32,000 bases of DNA from Ignicoccus pacificus DSM 13166 (lineage in GTDB: Archaea; Thermoproteota; Thermoprotei_A; Sulfolobales; Ignicoccaceae): NCBI GenBank assembly GCA_025340205.1, contig CP006868.1, positions 1,050,001 through 1,082,000 of the forward strand. Reading direction: 5' to 3'. The notes under the pieces were generated by a model. That model saw nothing but the letters and a program-made list of their open reading frames with translations, had not been told where the DNA came from and ran no database searches. The position numbers were made by a program, and so were the translations under genes. Positions 7,219 to 15,640 of this stretch are shown in pieces. Within the stretch, counting starts at the first letter, position 1. The number at the start of each line of letters is the position of its first letter.

Positions 7219-8229
7219 ATGAAGGTGAGCAAGTTCTGGAAGGCCTTTTGTGAGCTCTGCAAGCCCAAGAGGCCGGTAGAAAGACCAAAGGTAGTTACCC
7301 TACATCACAACGACTTCGACGGAATAATGGGCGCCATAGCCCTATATCGCTTGCACTCGGCCGATAGGTATAAGACGATTCCGAGCTCCAGAAGGAAGTT
7401 CCTTGAGAGCTTTAAGAAGGTAGTGAAGGAAGAACCGGAGTTGCTCTACATAGTTGACATAGGTCCTAATGAGAGCGAGTTGGATGAAATAAGGGAGATC
7501 TTAAAGGAGAAGAACTTCAAGTTGGTGTGGATGGACCATCACAAGTGGAGCGAGAAGGTATTGGAGACGGTCAAGGAGTTGGCGGACGAGGTCGTTTACG
7601 ACAGAAGCACGTGCGGAGCTGGGCTGGCCGCTAGGTATGCTAAGGAGAAAGGGGCAGATCTATGTTCTTGCTGCGAGGAGCTGGTAAATCTGAGCTGTGA
7701 TATAGACTTGTGGATTAGAAGTGATCCGAGAAGCGAGAAGATGAGCATTGCTTTAGGTAACAGGAAGTGGAGGTCCTACCTAATAGAGAAGCTCTGGAGG
7801 TGCGTGAGTTGGGACAAGGACTGGGAGGATGCATACCAAGAAGTAATAGATGAAATGAAGGAGTTCTTAGATAGGGTGCTAACTAAGGCAATTAAGTTCG
7901 AGGTTAAGGGAGTGAGTGTAATTGTAGTTCCCATAACTAGGAAGGAGATAGCTTGGGTGTCCTTCTTAGCTGAGTTCTTAAGGCAGAGGGATAGCTATGA
8001 CGTAATAATCTTCGAGAGCGACGTAGGAAGCCTTCACATGAGAAGGGGAAGCGAAAAGGTTGACCTAAGCGAGCTAGCTAGGAAGCTGGGAGGAGGGGGA
8101 CATCCAGCGGCTGCTGGAGCCTCAGTTCCCTACTCCTTCTTCGATAGACTTCTCCATAAGCTAACCATGAGGCCTAGGAAGGTTGAAGTGGTCAGGAGGG
8201 CCCTAGAGGAGCTCTTGAACAAACGTTAG
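7219..8229 (+). CDS. DHH/DHHA1-family phosphoesterase (NrnA/RecJ-like core)
   Basis: Motifs LHHNDFDGIMGA (DHH motifs I-II), VDIG, WMDHHKW (DHH) and GGGHPAAAG (DHHA1). The start is assigned to ATG 7219 (MKVSKFW), preceded by ggagggag. The track ORF extends upstream to 7141. Confidence 0.82.
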   Translation: MKVSKFWKAFCELCKPKRPVERPKVVTLHHNDFDGIMGAIALYRLHSADRYKTIPSSRRKFLESFKKVVKEEPELLYIVDIGPNESELDEIREILKEKNFKLVWMDHHKWSEKVLETVKELADEVVYDRSTCGAGLAARYAKEKGADLCSCCEELVNLSCDIDLWIRSDPRSEKMSIALGNRKWRSYLIEKLWRCVSWDKDWEDAYQEVIDEMKEFLDRVLTKAIKFEVKGVSVIVVPITRKEIAWVSFLAEFLRQRDSYDVIIFESDVGSLHMRRGSEKVDLSELARKLGGGGHPAAAGASVPYSFFDRLLHKLTMRPRKVEVVRRALEELLNKR

Positions 8230-10307
8230 CTTCCTACAAGGAGCTCATTAACAAGCTCGCTGTAGCGGTCGAGCTTCTGTTTAAGAATCTTTAATTCCTT
8301 ACTTAACCAAGGTTTAGTGTAATAGTTGTAGAATTGGATGGTCTCTCTAATTGCTTGACCTATACTGCACTTCACTAGCTTGCTAAGACCGCCTAGCTTC
8401 TCTATTTTCATCCTTAACTCGACGAAGCTCTTCAAGTTAGGAGCCTTAATTAGCTCTTCTATGTATCTTGTAGCGTTCTTAGGACAAGAGGCCTGAGGCT
8501 GTGAAAGCCTTAGCATGCCGATCTTCGACTGGAGCTCATTCACCAAACCAACAATCATCTCGTAATCTAGCTTCAGTCTTTGTGCTAGGTTAACCGCCGT
8601 ATAGACGTTCTTATACGTAGGCTCCATAGCTAATAGTTCATCTAGTCTCTGCGCAGTCATCTCAAAATCGGAAAGTAGCTTGTAGAGCTTGACTGTTAGG
8701 CTTTTCACGGAGCTTAGCTTTGTCAAATACTGCAAGGCGTTGAGGAAAGGCTTTTTCAGAAAGCTCGCTTTAAACTGAGGACTTGTAGATACCTCTTCGT
8801 ATAACCTCTCTATCCTTAGGTAGGGGTTGATTATCACGGCCAACTCTTCTGGCATCGGACGCGAGGGCGTTATTACCGGTACGGTTAGGGTTGTAGTTGA
8901 CGTTACAAAAGCCCATTCTGTTAGAGTGGACGTTGTTATGAGTGTTGAAACCTCTGTAAGATACTTCGTAAGCCATGAAGTGTATGTCGAGGTTATAGTG
9001 CTAGTTTCTGTTACATACTTTAACCGAGTGAAGGTCTGTGTGGTAGTTACATTTACCTTGTGGATAACGTACTTGTATATAGTCGTTAGCTTAGCTGAGT
9101 TCACGATCACAGGTTTGCTTAATATAAACGGTGAAAGCTCAATTCCAATTATCTCTCCATCTGAGAAGCCTATGTAGAGCCTTTTACTATGCCACACTAA
9201 AGCGGTCGCCCCAGGTACCTTCATGAGTGCTTCAAGGTGCCCGTCAGTTCCTATGATAGTAACTACACCTTCGGCCTTGTTCAATACGGCTAAGTACTTG
9301 CATTCTTGAGAGAAGCTAACCTCGTAACCCTTTAGGTTAGGATTATCATAAGTGATCAACGAATTCTTGAGAATTAGGGTACCGCTCGGTCCGGTGGCCG
9401 CTACCAAATCTTGGCATACGTCGACCCCGTAGTACCTTCCAGGGATCCTTTTCAGGGTAGTTCCATCGACCCTAAACAACCATAAAGCGTCACTTCCTTG
9501 ACCTCCGAAGGACAATGTGCTTGCCGCTATCAGTCCTTTGTTGATCGTCACAGAAGCTATCCACTTGATGTCCTTTTCCCAAAGAAGATTGCCTGTTGGA
9601 TCGAAGGCACCGAGAGAAGATGCCCCGGCAACTACCAAGGACGGACTACAAGCTATGGCGCCATTGAACCTCTGCTTTAGCTGGAACAAAGGTGTAACGC
9701 CGTTAGCGCTCACTGATACGACCTTTCCGGACAGAGTGTTCGCTAGGATCTCAGTTCTGGAAGAACAGAGGGAAAAGAACGAACCCCTTACGTGCTTAAC
9801 AATCCTACCTTCAGTGGTAACAAGGTAGATTCCGTCGTCAGTGAGCGCGGCTAGAAGTTTACCCGGTGCTAGTTCTGAGATGAATGAGTTCACGTCAAAC
9901 GTAATCACCTTTGTGGGAAACAGCCCGATGAAGTAGCCTCCAGGAACAGTGCTCAAGAATGAAAGTACGTTTGAAGGAATCAAGGTTACTCTGTGAGTGA
10001 TGGTAGTAGTTTTTGTCAGGTAGAGAGTAGTTGTAGTCGTTGAGGTCAATGTGCCTATGGTATAGGTAGTTAGTGTACTAAGGTAAGTTATCGTGGTCAA
10101 AGTATGTTCATAGGTTGTCGTTATTATAGTTGTGGTGAACCTAGTAACGTAGGTAATGATAGAAGTTACTGTGGTAGTAATCGTATTTATAGTAGTTGTT
10201 AAGGTTGTCTTTAAGTAAGGAGGTATGAGTAAGCCTCCTAGAGGAGGCAATAGCCAGATGAGCGCAAGTACTAGTAGGGCGCCGCCCAAGAGCGAGTATA
10301 AGTCCAA
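8226..10307 (-). CDS. membrane-anchored beta-propeller-like protein with two Thr-rich low-complexity segments and an alpha-helical C-terminal domain (paralog P1)
   Basis: TTG start. N-terminal hydrophobic anchor LLGGALLVLALIWLLPPLGGLL, then ~85 aa TTLTTTINTITTTVTSIITYV...TTTTTLYLTKTTTITHRVTL. A ~300 aa beta-rich core shares VSFSQECKYLAVLN and LYIGFSDGEIIGIEL with P2-P4. A second Thr-rich stretch follows (VTTTQTF...TSTTTLTVPVITPS), then ~210 aa of helical K/L/E-rich tail. Confidence 0.7.
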   Translation of the reverse strand: MDLYSLLGGALLVLALIWLLPPLGGLLIPPYLKTTLTTTINTITTTVTSIITYVTRFTTTIITTTYEHTLTTITYLSTLTTYTIGTLTSTTTTTLYLTKTTTITHRVTLIPSNVLSFLSTVPGGYFIGLFPTKVITFDVNSFISELAPGKLLAALTDDGIYLVTTEGRIVKHVRGSFFSLCSSRTEILANTLSGKVVSVSANGVTPLFQLKQRFNGAIACSPSLVVAGASSLGAFDPTGNLLWEKDIKWIASVTINKGLIAASTLSFGGQGSDALWLFRVDGTTLKRIPGRYYGVDVCQDLVAATGPSGTLILKNSLITYDNPNLKGYEVSFSQECKYLAVLNKAEGVVTIIGTDGHLEALMKVPGATALVWHSKRLYIGFSDGEIIGIELSPFILSKPVIVNSAKLTTIYKYVIHKVNVTTTQTFTRLKYVTETSTITSTYTSWLTKYLTEVSTLITTSTLTEWAFVTSTTTLTVPVITPSRPMPEELAVIINPYLRIERLYEEVSTSPQFKASFLKKPFLNALQYLTKLSSVKSLTVKLYKLLSDFEMTAQRLDELLAMEPTYKNVYTAVNLAQRLKLDYEMIVGLVNELQSKIGMLRLSQPQASCPKNATRYIEELIKAPNLKSFVELRMKIEKLGGLSKLVKCSIGQAIRETIQFYNYYTKPWLSKELKILKQKLDRYSELVNELLVGS

Positions 10308-10348
10308 TACTCGTCCCCCGACTCTCGATGAAGTAAAGTGATATACTC

Positions 10349-11485
10349 TTATCGCGCTAATCCAGAAAGTAAAGAGAGAGAGGTTCTCAAAGCTATAGGG
10401 TTCACATGCCTGTATTCCCTTGAGATAAGCTCTAGAGCTCTCGGTAGTAGAGGCTGAATTCCTTGTGGTAAGATGAGCTTGCTCTCCTTAGCTATGCTAT
10501 AGCACTCCTCAGGCGATCCAACCAGATCATAACACCATTTAAAAATTTCATATTGGTAATCGTCAAGTGACATGAGCGACTTTATGCTTAAGCCAAAGGG
10601 TCTGTAACTCACAACTTCGAACGTCTTGACGCTACCGTCTAAGAATCCGACTGCTATAGAAGTCATGCTCCAAGAGATGGCTGTGGGTAAGTTTCGAACA
10701 TTAAGTTTGTAGACTATAGATCCCGAGGAGTTAAGGATTGATATAGAAAAGTCGTTTTGGTCGACTACTGCTAGGTACTTACAGTCACTGCTAAAGGATA
10801 TTGTAAACGCGAACTTAAATCCAGGCTTAACCCAAAGCTTAGCTAAGGAGCCGTTGGGTGTTACCTCAAAGAGATATACTCGGGAGGATGTCGTTACCGC
10901 CAAATATCTGTCACAGCTCTTAACGTCGTATATTCCCTCCTGCTTAAAGCTCGGGTAATTTAACATCTTAATTATATTTCCTCTCGTCACATCTACTACA
11001 AGTAACCTCCTGAGGCCTATGTCTGCAGAGTAAAGTCGATTACCAATGACTGCCAAGCCGTGCCTCACTAATCCGACTTTGAGCCTCCAAAGTGAAGTAC
11101 CATTGTAGAGGGTCAATTGTAGATAGTTTCCGGCGGCCACAAAGGCACTTGGAAGGAGCAAAATCCCTCCGTTGAAGTCGTCGCTTAGCTTTAACGTCCT
11201 CCACTCATTGTTAAACAACAAGACCTTTCCTTCATTATCGATGAAGCCAAACGTGTTACAGCAATAAGATACATCCATTATATTCGTCCCGGTGCACATT
11301 CTTGAGATTACGGATCCCTCTTTAACTACGTAGGCACAAGAGGACGAGGCAGCTATCCCGAGCTTTCCATCATGGGAGAAGACGAGGCCGTTAACCCAAC
11401 CGTTAGTCTTGAAATTCCATTGAGGAACCAACTTTAACGAGAATGTCATTACAGTAAGTATCAATATCAGATAAAGGAACTTCAT
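10349..11485 (-). CDS. secreted Cys-containing beta-propeller-like protein (paralog P2)
   Basis: Signal-peptide-like N-terminus MKFLYLILILTVMTFSLKLVP. Motifs WNFKTNGWVNGLVFSHDGKLGIAASSSCAYVV...MDVSYCCNTFGFIDNEG, CDRYLAVTT, SFSSDCKYLAVVD and IAVGFLDGSVKTFEV. It lies 41 nt upstream of P1 on the same strand. Confidence 0.7.
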   Translation of the reverse strand: MKFLYLILILTVMTFSLKLVPQWNFKTNGWVNGLVFSHDGKLGIAASSSCAYVVKEGSVISRMCTGTNIMDVSYCCNTFGFIDNEGKVLLFNNEWRTLKLSDDFNGGILLLPSAFVAAGNYLQLTLYNGTSLWRLKVGLVRHGLAVIGNRLYSADIGLRRLLVVDVTRGNIIKMLNYPSFKQEGIYDVKSCDRYLAVTTSSRVYLFEVTPNGSLAKLWVKPGFKFAFTISFSSDCKYLAVVDQNDFSISILNSSGSIVYKLNVRNLPTAISWSMTSIAVGFLDGSVKTFEVVSYRPFGLSIKSLMSLDDYQYEIFKWCYDLVGSPEECYSIAKESKLILPQGIQPLLPRALELISREYRHVNPIALRTSLSLLSGLAR

Positions 11486-11649
11486 TGGGTGAGCCTCCGT
11501 GAGAGATACTTAGCGAACTCCGAAAACCTTTCCTAGCATCTTAAGAGCTGAGAATTTCATTTGATGTAGTAAACAATAACAAATATATAATCTTGTAGAG
11601 TATTCTAATTGGATAATGTGAGATAATGTACCACCACTTAAATCCTTCC

Positions 11650-11657
11650 TTTAAATA
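11650..11657 (+). promoter_or_regulatory. TATA box for top6A (leaderless or near-leaderless transcript)
   Basis: tttaaata is centred ~26 nt upstream of the ATG at 11679, with no Shine-Dalgarno-like purine run in between. Confidence 0.4.
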
Positions 11658-11678
11658 CCCTGTGTAAGGGTACGATTC

Positions 11679-12821
11679 ATGCAGTTCAGCGAGGTTGACG
11701 TTAAAGCGAGGAAAAGAGCTGCTAAGATAATGCACGAAGCATTCATGAAATTGATAAAGAAGATAAGGAGGGGGGAGGAGCCAGAGCTGGTTCTACCTAA
11801 GAGAACGTTGGCTAATACCGTTTGGGACGCTGAACAGAGGATATTGAGGCTGGGAGAGGGGACCTTAACCAGAAAGTTCTTAGATGCATCTGAGGCAAAG
11901 AAGTTTATGAAGACAGTGCTAATGGCTTCGATAATATACGAGGCCCTCCTAAACGACGAGTACCCGACCATAAGAGACCTCTACTACAGAGGGAAGCACA
12001 CCATAGTCTACAGAGATCACAAGGGGAGGAGGAGGGAGGAGAACACTTGGGACGAGCAGAAGGAGAGCGACGCCGTGATTACCGACGTAGAGGTCTATAC
12101 TGGACTATTGAGGGAGGAGATGCTAATATTGAGCAAGGAAAAGGGTAAGGTAGTAGGAAACATGAGGATTAGGTCCGGAGGAGACGTAATAGACCTAAGC
12201 AAGATGGGCCATGGAGCTTACGCTATAGAACCAACTCCGGATCTCATAGAGTTCATAGACGTAGACGCCGAGTACGTGCTAGTAATAGAGAAGGACGCAG
12301 TCTTCCAGCAGTTGCACAGGATAAAGTTCTGGGACAGGTACAAGTGCTTGCTAGTCACTTCCTCCGGACAGCCCGACAGGGCCACTAGAAGGTTCGTTAG
12401 AAGGCTAAATGAGGAGCTGGGTCTACCGGTCTACGTATTGACGGACGCCGACCCCTACGGATGGTACATCTACAGCGTCTTCCGTTCCGGAAGCATTACC
12501 TTGAGCTACGAGAGCGAAAGGCTGGCAACCCCTTCAGCTAAGTTCTTAGGAGTGAGCATGAGTGACATATTCGAGAAGAACTGGCTTAGCCCCAAGGAGA
12601 GGAAGAACGTAATAATTAAGGCAAAAGACACGGACATCAAGAGGGCTAAGGAAATGATGAGGTACCAGTGGTTCCAGAGCAGGAAGTGGAAGCACGAGAT
12701 AAACTTGTTCCTCAAGAAGAAGAGTAAGCTGGAGATAGAGGCCTTAGCGGTAAAGGGTCTCAAGTTCCTCTCCGAGGTCTACATACCTCAGAAGATCCAG
12801 ACCGGAGACTGGATAGAGTGA
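11679..12821 (+). CDS. top6A: DNA topoisomerase VI subunit A (Spo11 homologue)
   Basis: Hallmarks RDLYYRGKH, VLVIEKDAVFQQL, SSGQPDRATRRFVRRL and VLTDADPYGWYIYSV (Toprim DxD), with a ~380 aa length. Confidence 0.92.
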   Translation: MQFSEVDVKARKRAAKIMHEAFMKLIKKIRRGEEPELVLPKRTLANTVWDAEQRILRLGEGTLTRKFLDASEAKKFMKTVLMASIIYEALLNDEYPTIRDLYYRGKHTIVYRDHKGRRREENTWDEQKESDAVITDVEVYTGLLREEMLILSKEKGKVVGNMRIRSGGDVIDLSKMGHGAYAIEPTPDLIEFIDVDAEYVLVIEKDAVFQQLHRIKFWDRYKCLLVTSSGQPDRATRRFVRRLNEELGLPVYVLTDADPYGWYIYSVFRSGSITLSYESERLATPSAKFLGVSMSDIFEKNWLSPKERKNVIIKAKDTDIKRAKEMMRYQWFQSRKWKHEINLFLKKKSKLEIEALAVKGLKFLSEVYIPQKIQTGDWIE

Positions 12822-12823
12822 GG

Positions 12824-13192
12824 CTAACACCTAACCTTATCGTTTCCTGAAGGAAACTTGAAGACGTAGGTAGGACCGTAATGCTTCACCAAATGACATT
12901 CCCCGGGCTCAAAGATGACGATACCGCCTTCCCCAATTTCCAGCTCTACAGGGCGAAGCACCTTACCTCCTTTCAAGAACAAGTAGATCTCCCAGCTCCT
13001 CTCGTGGTAATGGCTCTCCTCAAAGGTACCTTCATTAGCGATCGCTATCTCAAAGGGGGCTTCGAGGACCCTTTTGGGTTCCCAGAGGAACTCCCAGCGC
13101 TCCTCTCCTTTCCAGAGCTCCTTTACCGCTAGCTTAATCCCCTTCTTTGAAAGAAAGGGGAGCACTTCCTCCAAGGATTTCAATACCTTCAA
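12824..13192 (-). CDS. cupin-domain protein
   Basis: Two cupin motifs: EESHYHERSWEIYLFLKG and GGIVIFEPGECHLVKHYG. TTG start at 13192. 122 aa. Confidence 0.6.
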   Translation of the reverse strand: MKVLKSLEEVLPFLSKKGIKLAVKELWKGEERWEFLWEPKRVLEAPFEIAIANEGTFEESHYHERSWEIYLFLKGGKVLRPVELEIGEGGIVIFEPGECHLVKHYGPTYVFKFPSGNDKVRC

Positions 13193-13200
13193 GGATCATC

Positions 13201-13207
13201 AAAAAAA
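13201..13207 (-). terminator. oligo-T tract downstream of the AbrB-like ORF
   Basis: The minus strand reads ctttcTTTTTTTgatg, 16 nt after the TAA at 13223-13225. Archaeal terminators are typically T-runs. The cupin gene starts only 9 nt further on, so read-through is possible. Confidence 0.3.
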
Positions 13208-13222
13208 GAAAGATGAGGGAGG

Positions 13223-13426
13223 TTATTCCTCCTTCTTGGCTGGCCTAATCCTTATCTCCCCGGTCTCCTCATCCATCTCCAGCACGTACTCCTTGCCGAA
13301 CTTCTCTACCACGCTCTTCGGCACGTAGATGTTCAGCGGCAGCGTATAGTAGACGTACTTGTACTCCTTGTCTTTCACTACCTTCTTGCCTATTACCTCT
13401 CTCACCTTCACTTGCCTCCTCCTCAA
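13223..13426 (-). CDS. small AbrB/SpoVT-like (swapped-hairpin) protein
   Basis: 67 aa. LNIYVPKSVVEKFGKEYVLEMDEETGEIRIRPAKK resembles the V.IPK.V...F....G..V.....E.G.I.I.P pattern of AbrB/Sso7c4-type domains. There is a 4-nt overlap with the upstream gene's stop. Confidence 0.45.
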   Translation of the reverse strand: MRRRQVKVREVIGKKVVKDKEYKYVYYTLPLNIYVPKSVVEKFGKEYVLEMDEETGEIRIRPAKKEE

Positions 13427-14235
13427 GCCTCCTCACCCCTTGCCTTCCTTAGCGCGGCAGCTATGGCCGCTAGCAGAGCGGGGGCCGGAACGCCTACCAC
13501 GTTGACTAACAGCTCTCCCCAATGGCTCTTGTCAAGCATTGGGAAGCTCACAGTCGCCACTCCGCTGGCTGGCAGAGTGACGTAGGCGGTCACTATTCTT
13601 ATTGCAGCCCATCCTGGGTAGCTGGTTGTGTTCATCAGTACGGGTACCTTGTAAATCCTAGTGGCCCCAGCGGTTACTACGGAGGTCACCTTGGTTACGT
13701 AGGGGGTAGTGAAGATGCTGGTAGTGAGTACTGGAGCCACGTAGGTGGACCCGTCGATAGCGGTTTGGGTCGCCAGCACTTGGTAAGTTGCGGTCACCAC
13801 CTTCGGTACAGTTACCGGTATGACGGTAACGGTGCTCTCGTTATAAGTCACGGTAACCTCCTTCAGCGTGTAGATGGTGAACCTTGGATCGTGGCAGTAG
13901 ATTCCTATCGTTACTACTGTGCTGGTAGGCAGAGCGTCCTTAGGCATGGTGACTATTAGCTCGCTGGCAGGGTCGACAGTAAGTCCTACGACGTTCTGCC
14001 CCTCGGTAATGGTAACTAGTCTTCCGGCGGTGTGGGTTCCCATGATTATTAGGGCCGGCTCGCATACTTGCTGCTTGACGGTTAGGTAGCCGTTGACGGT
14101 GTCTAGTAAGGTTATGGTGTTCACATAGCTGCTGGGGGCGTTTAGAGAGACCGTTACTGTAGCTACGCTGTTCACTCCGGGGAGGGCCAGAGCGAGGGGG
14201 AGTAGCAGAGCGAGAGCGATTACTCCGTACCTCAT
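13423..14235 (-). CDS. exported Thr/Val-rich beta-rich surface protein with a C-terminal hydrophobic anchor
   Basis: Signal-like MRYGVIALALLLPLALALPG. A long T/V/Y-rich body (VTVTYNESTVTVIPVTVPKVVTATYQVLATQTAIDGSTYVAPVLTTSIFTTPYVTKVTSVV). C-terminal VVGVPAPALLAAIAAALRKARGEEA is a TM helix followed by a basic tail. Confidence 0.65.
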   Translation of the reverse strand: MRYGVIALALLLPLALALPGVNSVATVTVSLNAPSSYVNTITLLDTVNGYLTVKQQVCEPALIIMGTHTAGRLVTITEGQNVVGLTVDPASELIVTMPKDALPTSTVVTIGIYCHDPRFTIYTLKEVTVTYNESTVTVIPVTVPKVVTATYQVLATQTAIDGSTYVAPVLTTSIFTTPYVTKVTSVVTAGATRIYKVPVLMNTTSYPGWAAIRIVTAYVTLPASGVATVSFPMLDKSHWGELLVNVVGVPAPALLAAIAAALRKARGEEA

Positions 14236-14381
14236 CTTTCCCCGCCGGTAGAAATTAGAGAATGAAGTCTAATAAGTGTTTCTATATAAGGTAAAATTGA
14301 GAGATTGAGCATTCTATGATTCTAATAACAGAGAGAAAGAGAGTAAAGAACTAAAGCTTACCATGTGCCGGAAGAGCGAAC

Positions 14382-15629
14382 ATGAGAGTGGTGGTAAGGT
14401 CACTAGGGCCCCTTAAGGACTCTGAGATAGAGCTCGGAGATCTGACCGTACTTTATGGACCGGCTGGCGAGGGGAAGAGTCTGTTAATGAAGAGAATATT
14501 CGGAGAGTACCTCATCCTTAACGACGTATTTAAGGAAGTTATATCGTGCTCTATATCGTTACAAATAGCTAGGAGTCTCAAGGGAGGGCTTAGGGCAAGG
14601 GATGCTTTGGTTATGGCTGATGTCATTGATGAAATATTGAGAATAAAGGACAATTGGATAAAGAAGTGGGTTATAGGAGGAGAGCTGGAGTTCTCAAAGA
14701 CCCTCGAGGACTTGTTAAGTGAGCTAGAGCTCGACTTCAAGGAACAGATCGAGGGGGAGGGATGGAGGGTAATCATAGAGGGGAAGGAGAGAATGATAAG
14801 GGTGGAGGCTGAAGGGGTCGAGGACCCGAGCAAACTAATGGATGTGCTCAAGGCTACAGTAAAGGTGACGAAGGAAAAGGTGAGGGATCTCCTCGAGGAG
14901 GCGTCGAGGAAAGCTAAGGGAGAAATAGGCGTAGAGAGGATAACTTATTCCCATTATGGAAGAGGGGCCCTTGTCCAAATGCTCTACAGTTTGGAGGAGT
15001 GTAAGAGCTTAAGAAAGATGGACGTTGAAGAGTGCGTGAGGAAGATCATATCCTTTGAGGACTTCGAGCCTCTGAAAAGGCCCTTGAGCCTCTCGCTACC
15101 GTTAGTTACAGCCCTAGAGTCCTACGAGGCTATTAACGACAGCACTCTGGGTAAGCTCTTTGAAGCCTTCTCATTACCCGGTAACGAGGAGTTCCTCAAG
15201 GCCTCGGCATTAGCTCAATCCTTAATGGCCATGAGGACCCAGCTCTGCAGATACGGAAATGCCTCTTCTCTTATCTTCATCGAGGAACCCGAGGAGGAGA
15301 TGGGTAAGAGGAGGCAAGTGAGGTTAGCTTCCTTGCTCTACTCAATAGCTTGCTATCTAAAGAGAAGAGGGGCGAAGCTGGTCATAGCCACCCAAAGCTC
15401 GGCGATAGTCCTCACCCTCGCGTACCTGAGCGCGCTGAAGGCTACAGTGGAGGACGCGATGAGGTTCTGTAACCTCCAGCCGAAGGAGATTGAAGACCTT
15501 AAGTGCGAAACCCCTCAAGTGAAGTTCTATAGAGTTGAGAAGGGGAAGGTTAGACTGACCTCCTTGAGCGACGTAATAGAGGACATGGGAGGATTTGAGG
15601 AACTAACACCTCTAACCTCCGGCCTCTAA
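14382..15629 (+). CDS. ABC/SMC-like P-loop ATPase (AAA_15/AAA_21-type architecture), no fused effector domain
   Basis: Walker A LTVLYGPAGEGKSLL sits directly after an N-terminal beta-hairpin (MRVVVRSLGPLKDSEIELGD). A ~250 aa helical insertion follows, then Walker B SSLIFIEEPEEEM and an H-loop-like LVIATQSS. The signature motif is not obvious. Confidence 0.7.
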   Translation: MRVVVRSLGPLKDSEIELGDLTVLYGPAGEGKSLLMKRIFGEYLILNDVFKEVISCSISLQIARSLKGGLRARDALVMADVIDEILRIKDNWIKKWVIGGELEFSKTLEDLLSELELDFKEQIEGEGWRVIIEGKERMIRVEAEGVEDPSKLMDVLKATVKVTKEKVRDLLEEASRKAKGEIGVERITYSHYGRGALVQMLYSLEECKSLRKMDVEECVRKIISFEDFEPLKRPLSLSLPLVTALESYEAINDSTLGKLFEAFSLPGNEEFLKASALAQSLMAMRTQLCRYGNASSLIFIEEPEEEMGKRRQVRLASLLYSIACYLKRRGAKLVIATQSSAIVLTLAYLSALKATVEDAMRFCNLQPKEIEDLKCETPQVKFYRVEKGKVRLTSLSDVIEDMGGFEELTPLTSGL

Positions 15630-15640
15630 TATCCTCCACG

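Noticed and set aside
8770-9828. Several ORFs (68, 116, 60 and 103 aa) within P1
   Set aside because: They are alternative-frame or antisense shadows of the Thr-rich and propeller regions. Their V/T-rich or R/P-rich composition is typical of such shadows.
13423-13500. C-terminal tail VVGVPAPALLAAIAAALRKARGEEA as an archaeosortase (PGF-CTERM or VPXXXP-CTERM type) sorting signal
   Set aside because: The tail has the general tripartite shape, but neither a PGF motif nor an exact V-P-x-x-x-P is present, and I cannot verify that an archaeosortase exists in this organism. It is treated simply as a TM anchor.
13522-13959. 145-aa plus-strand ORF
   Set aside because: It is antisense to the Thr/Val-rich surface protein gene. 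Its G/Y/H/S-rich composition is the complement image of ACN and GTN codons.
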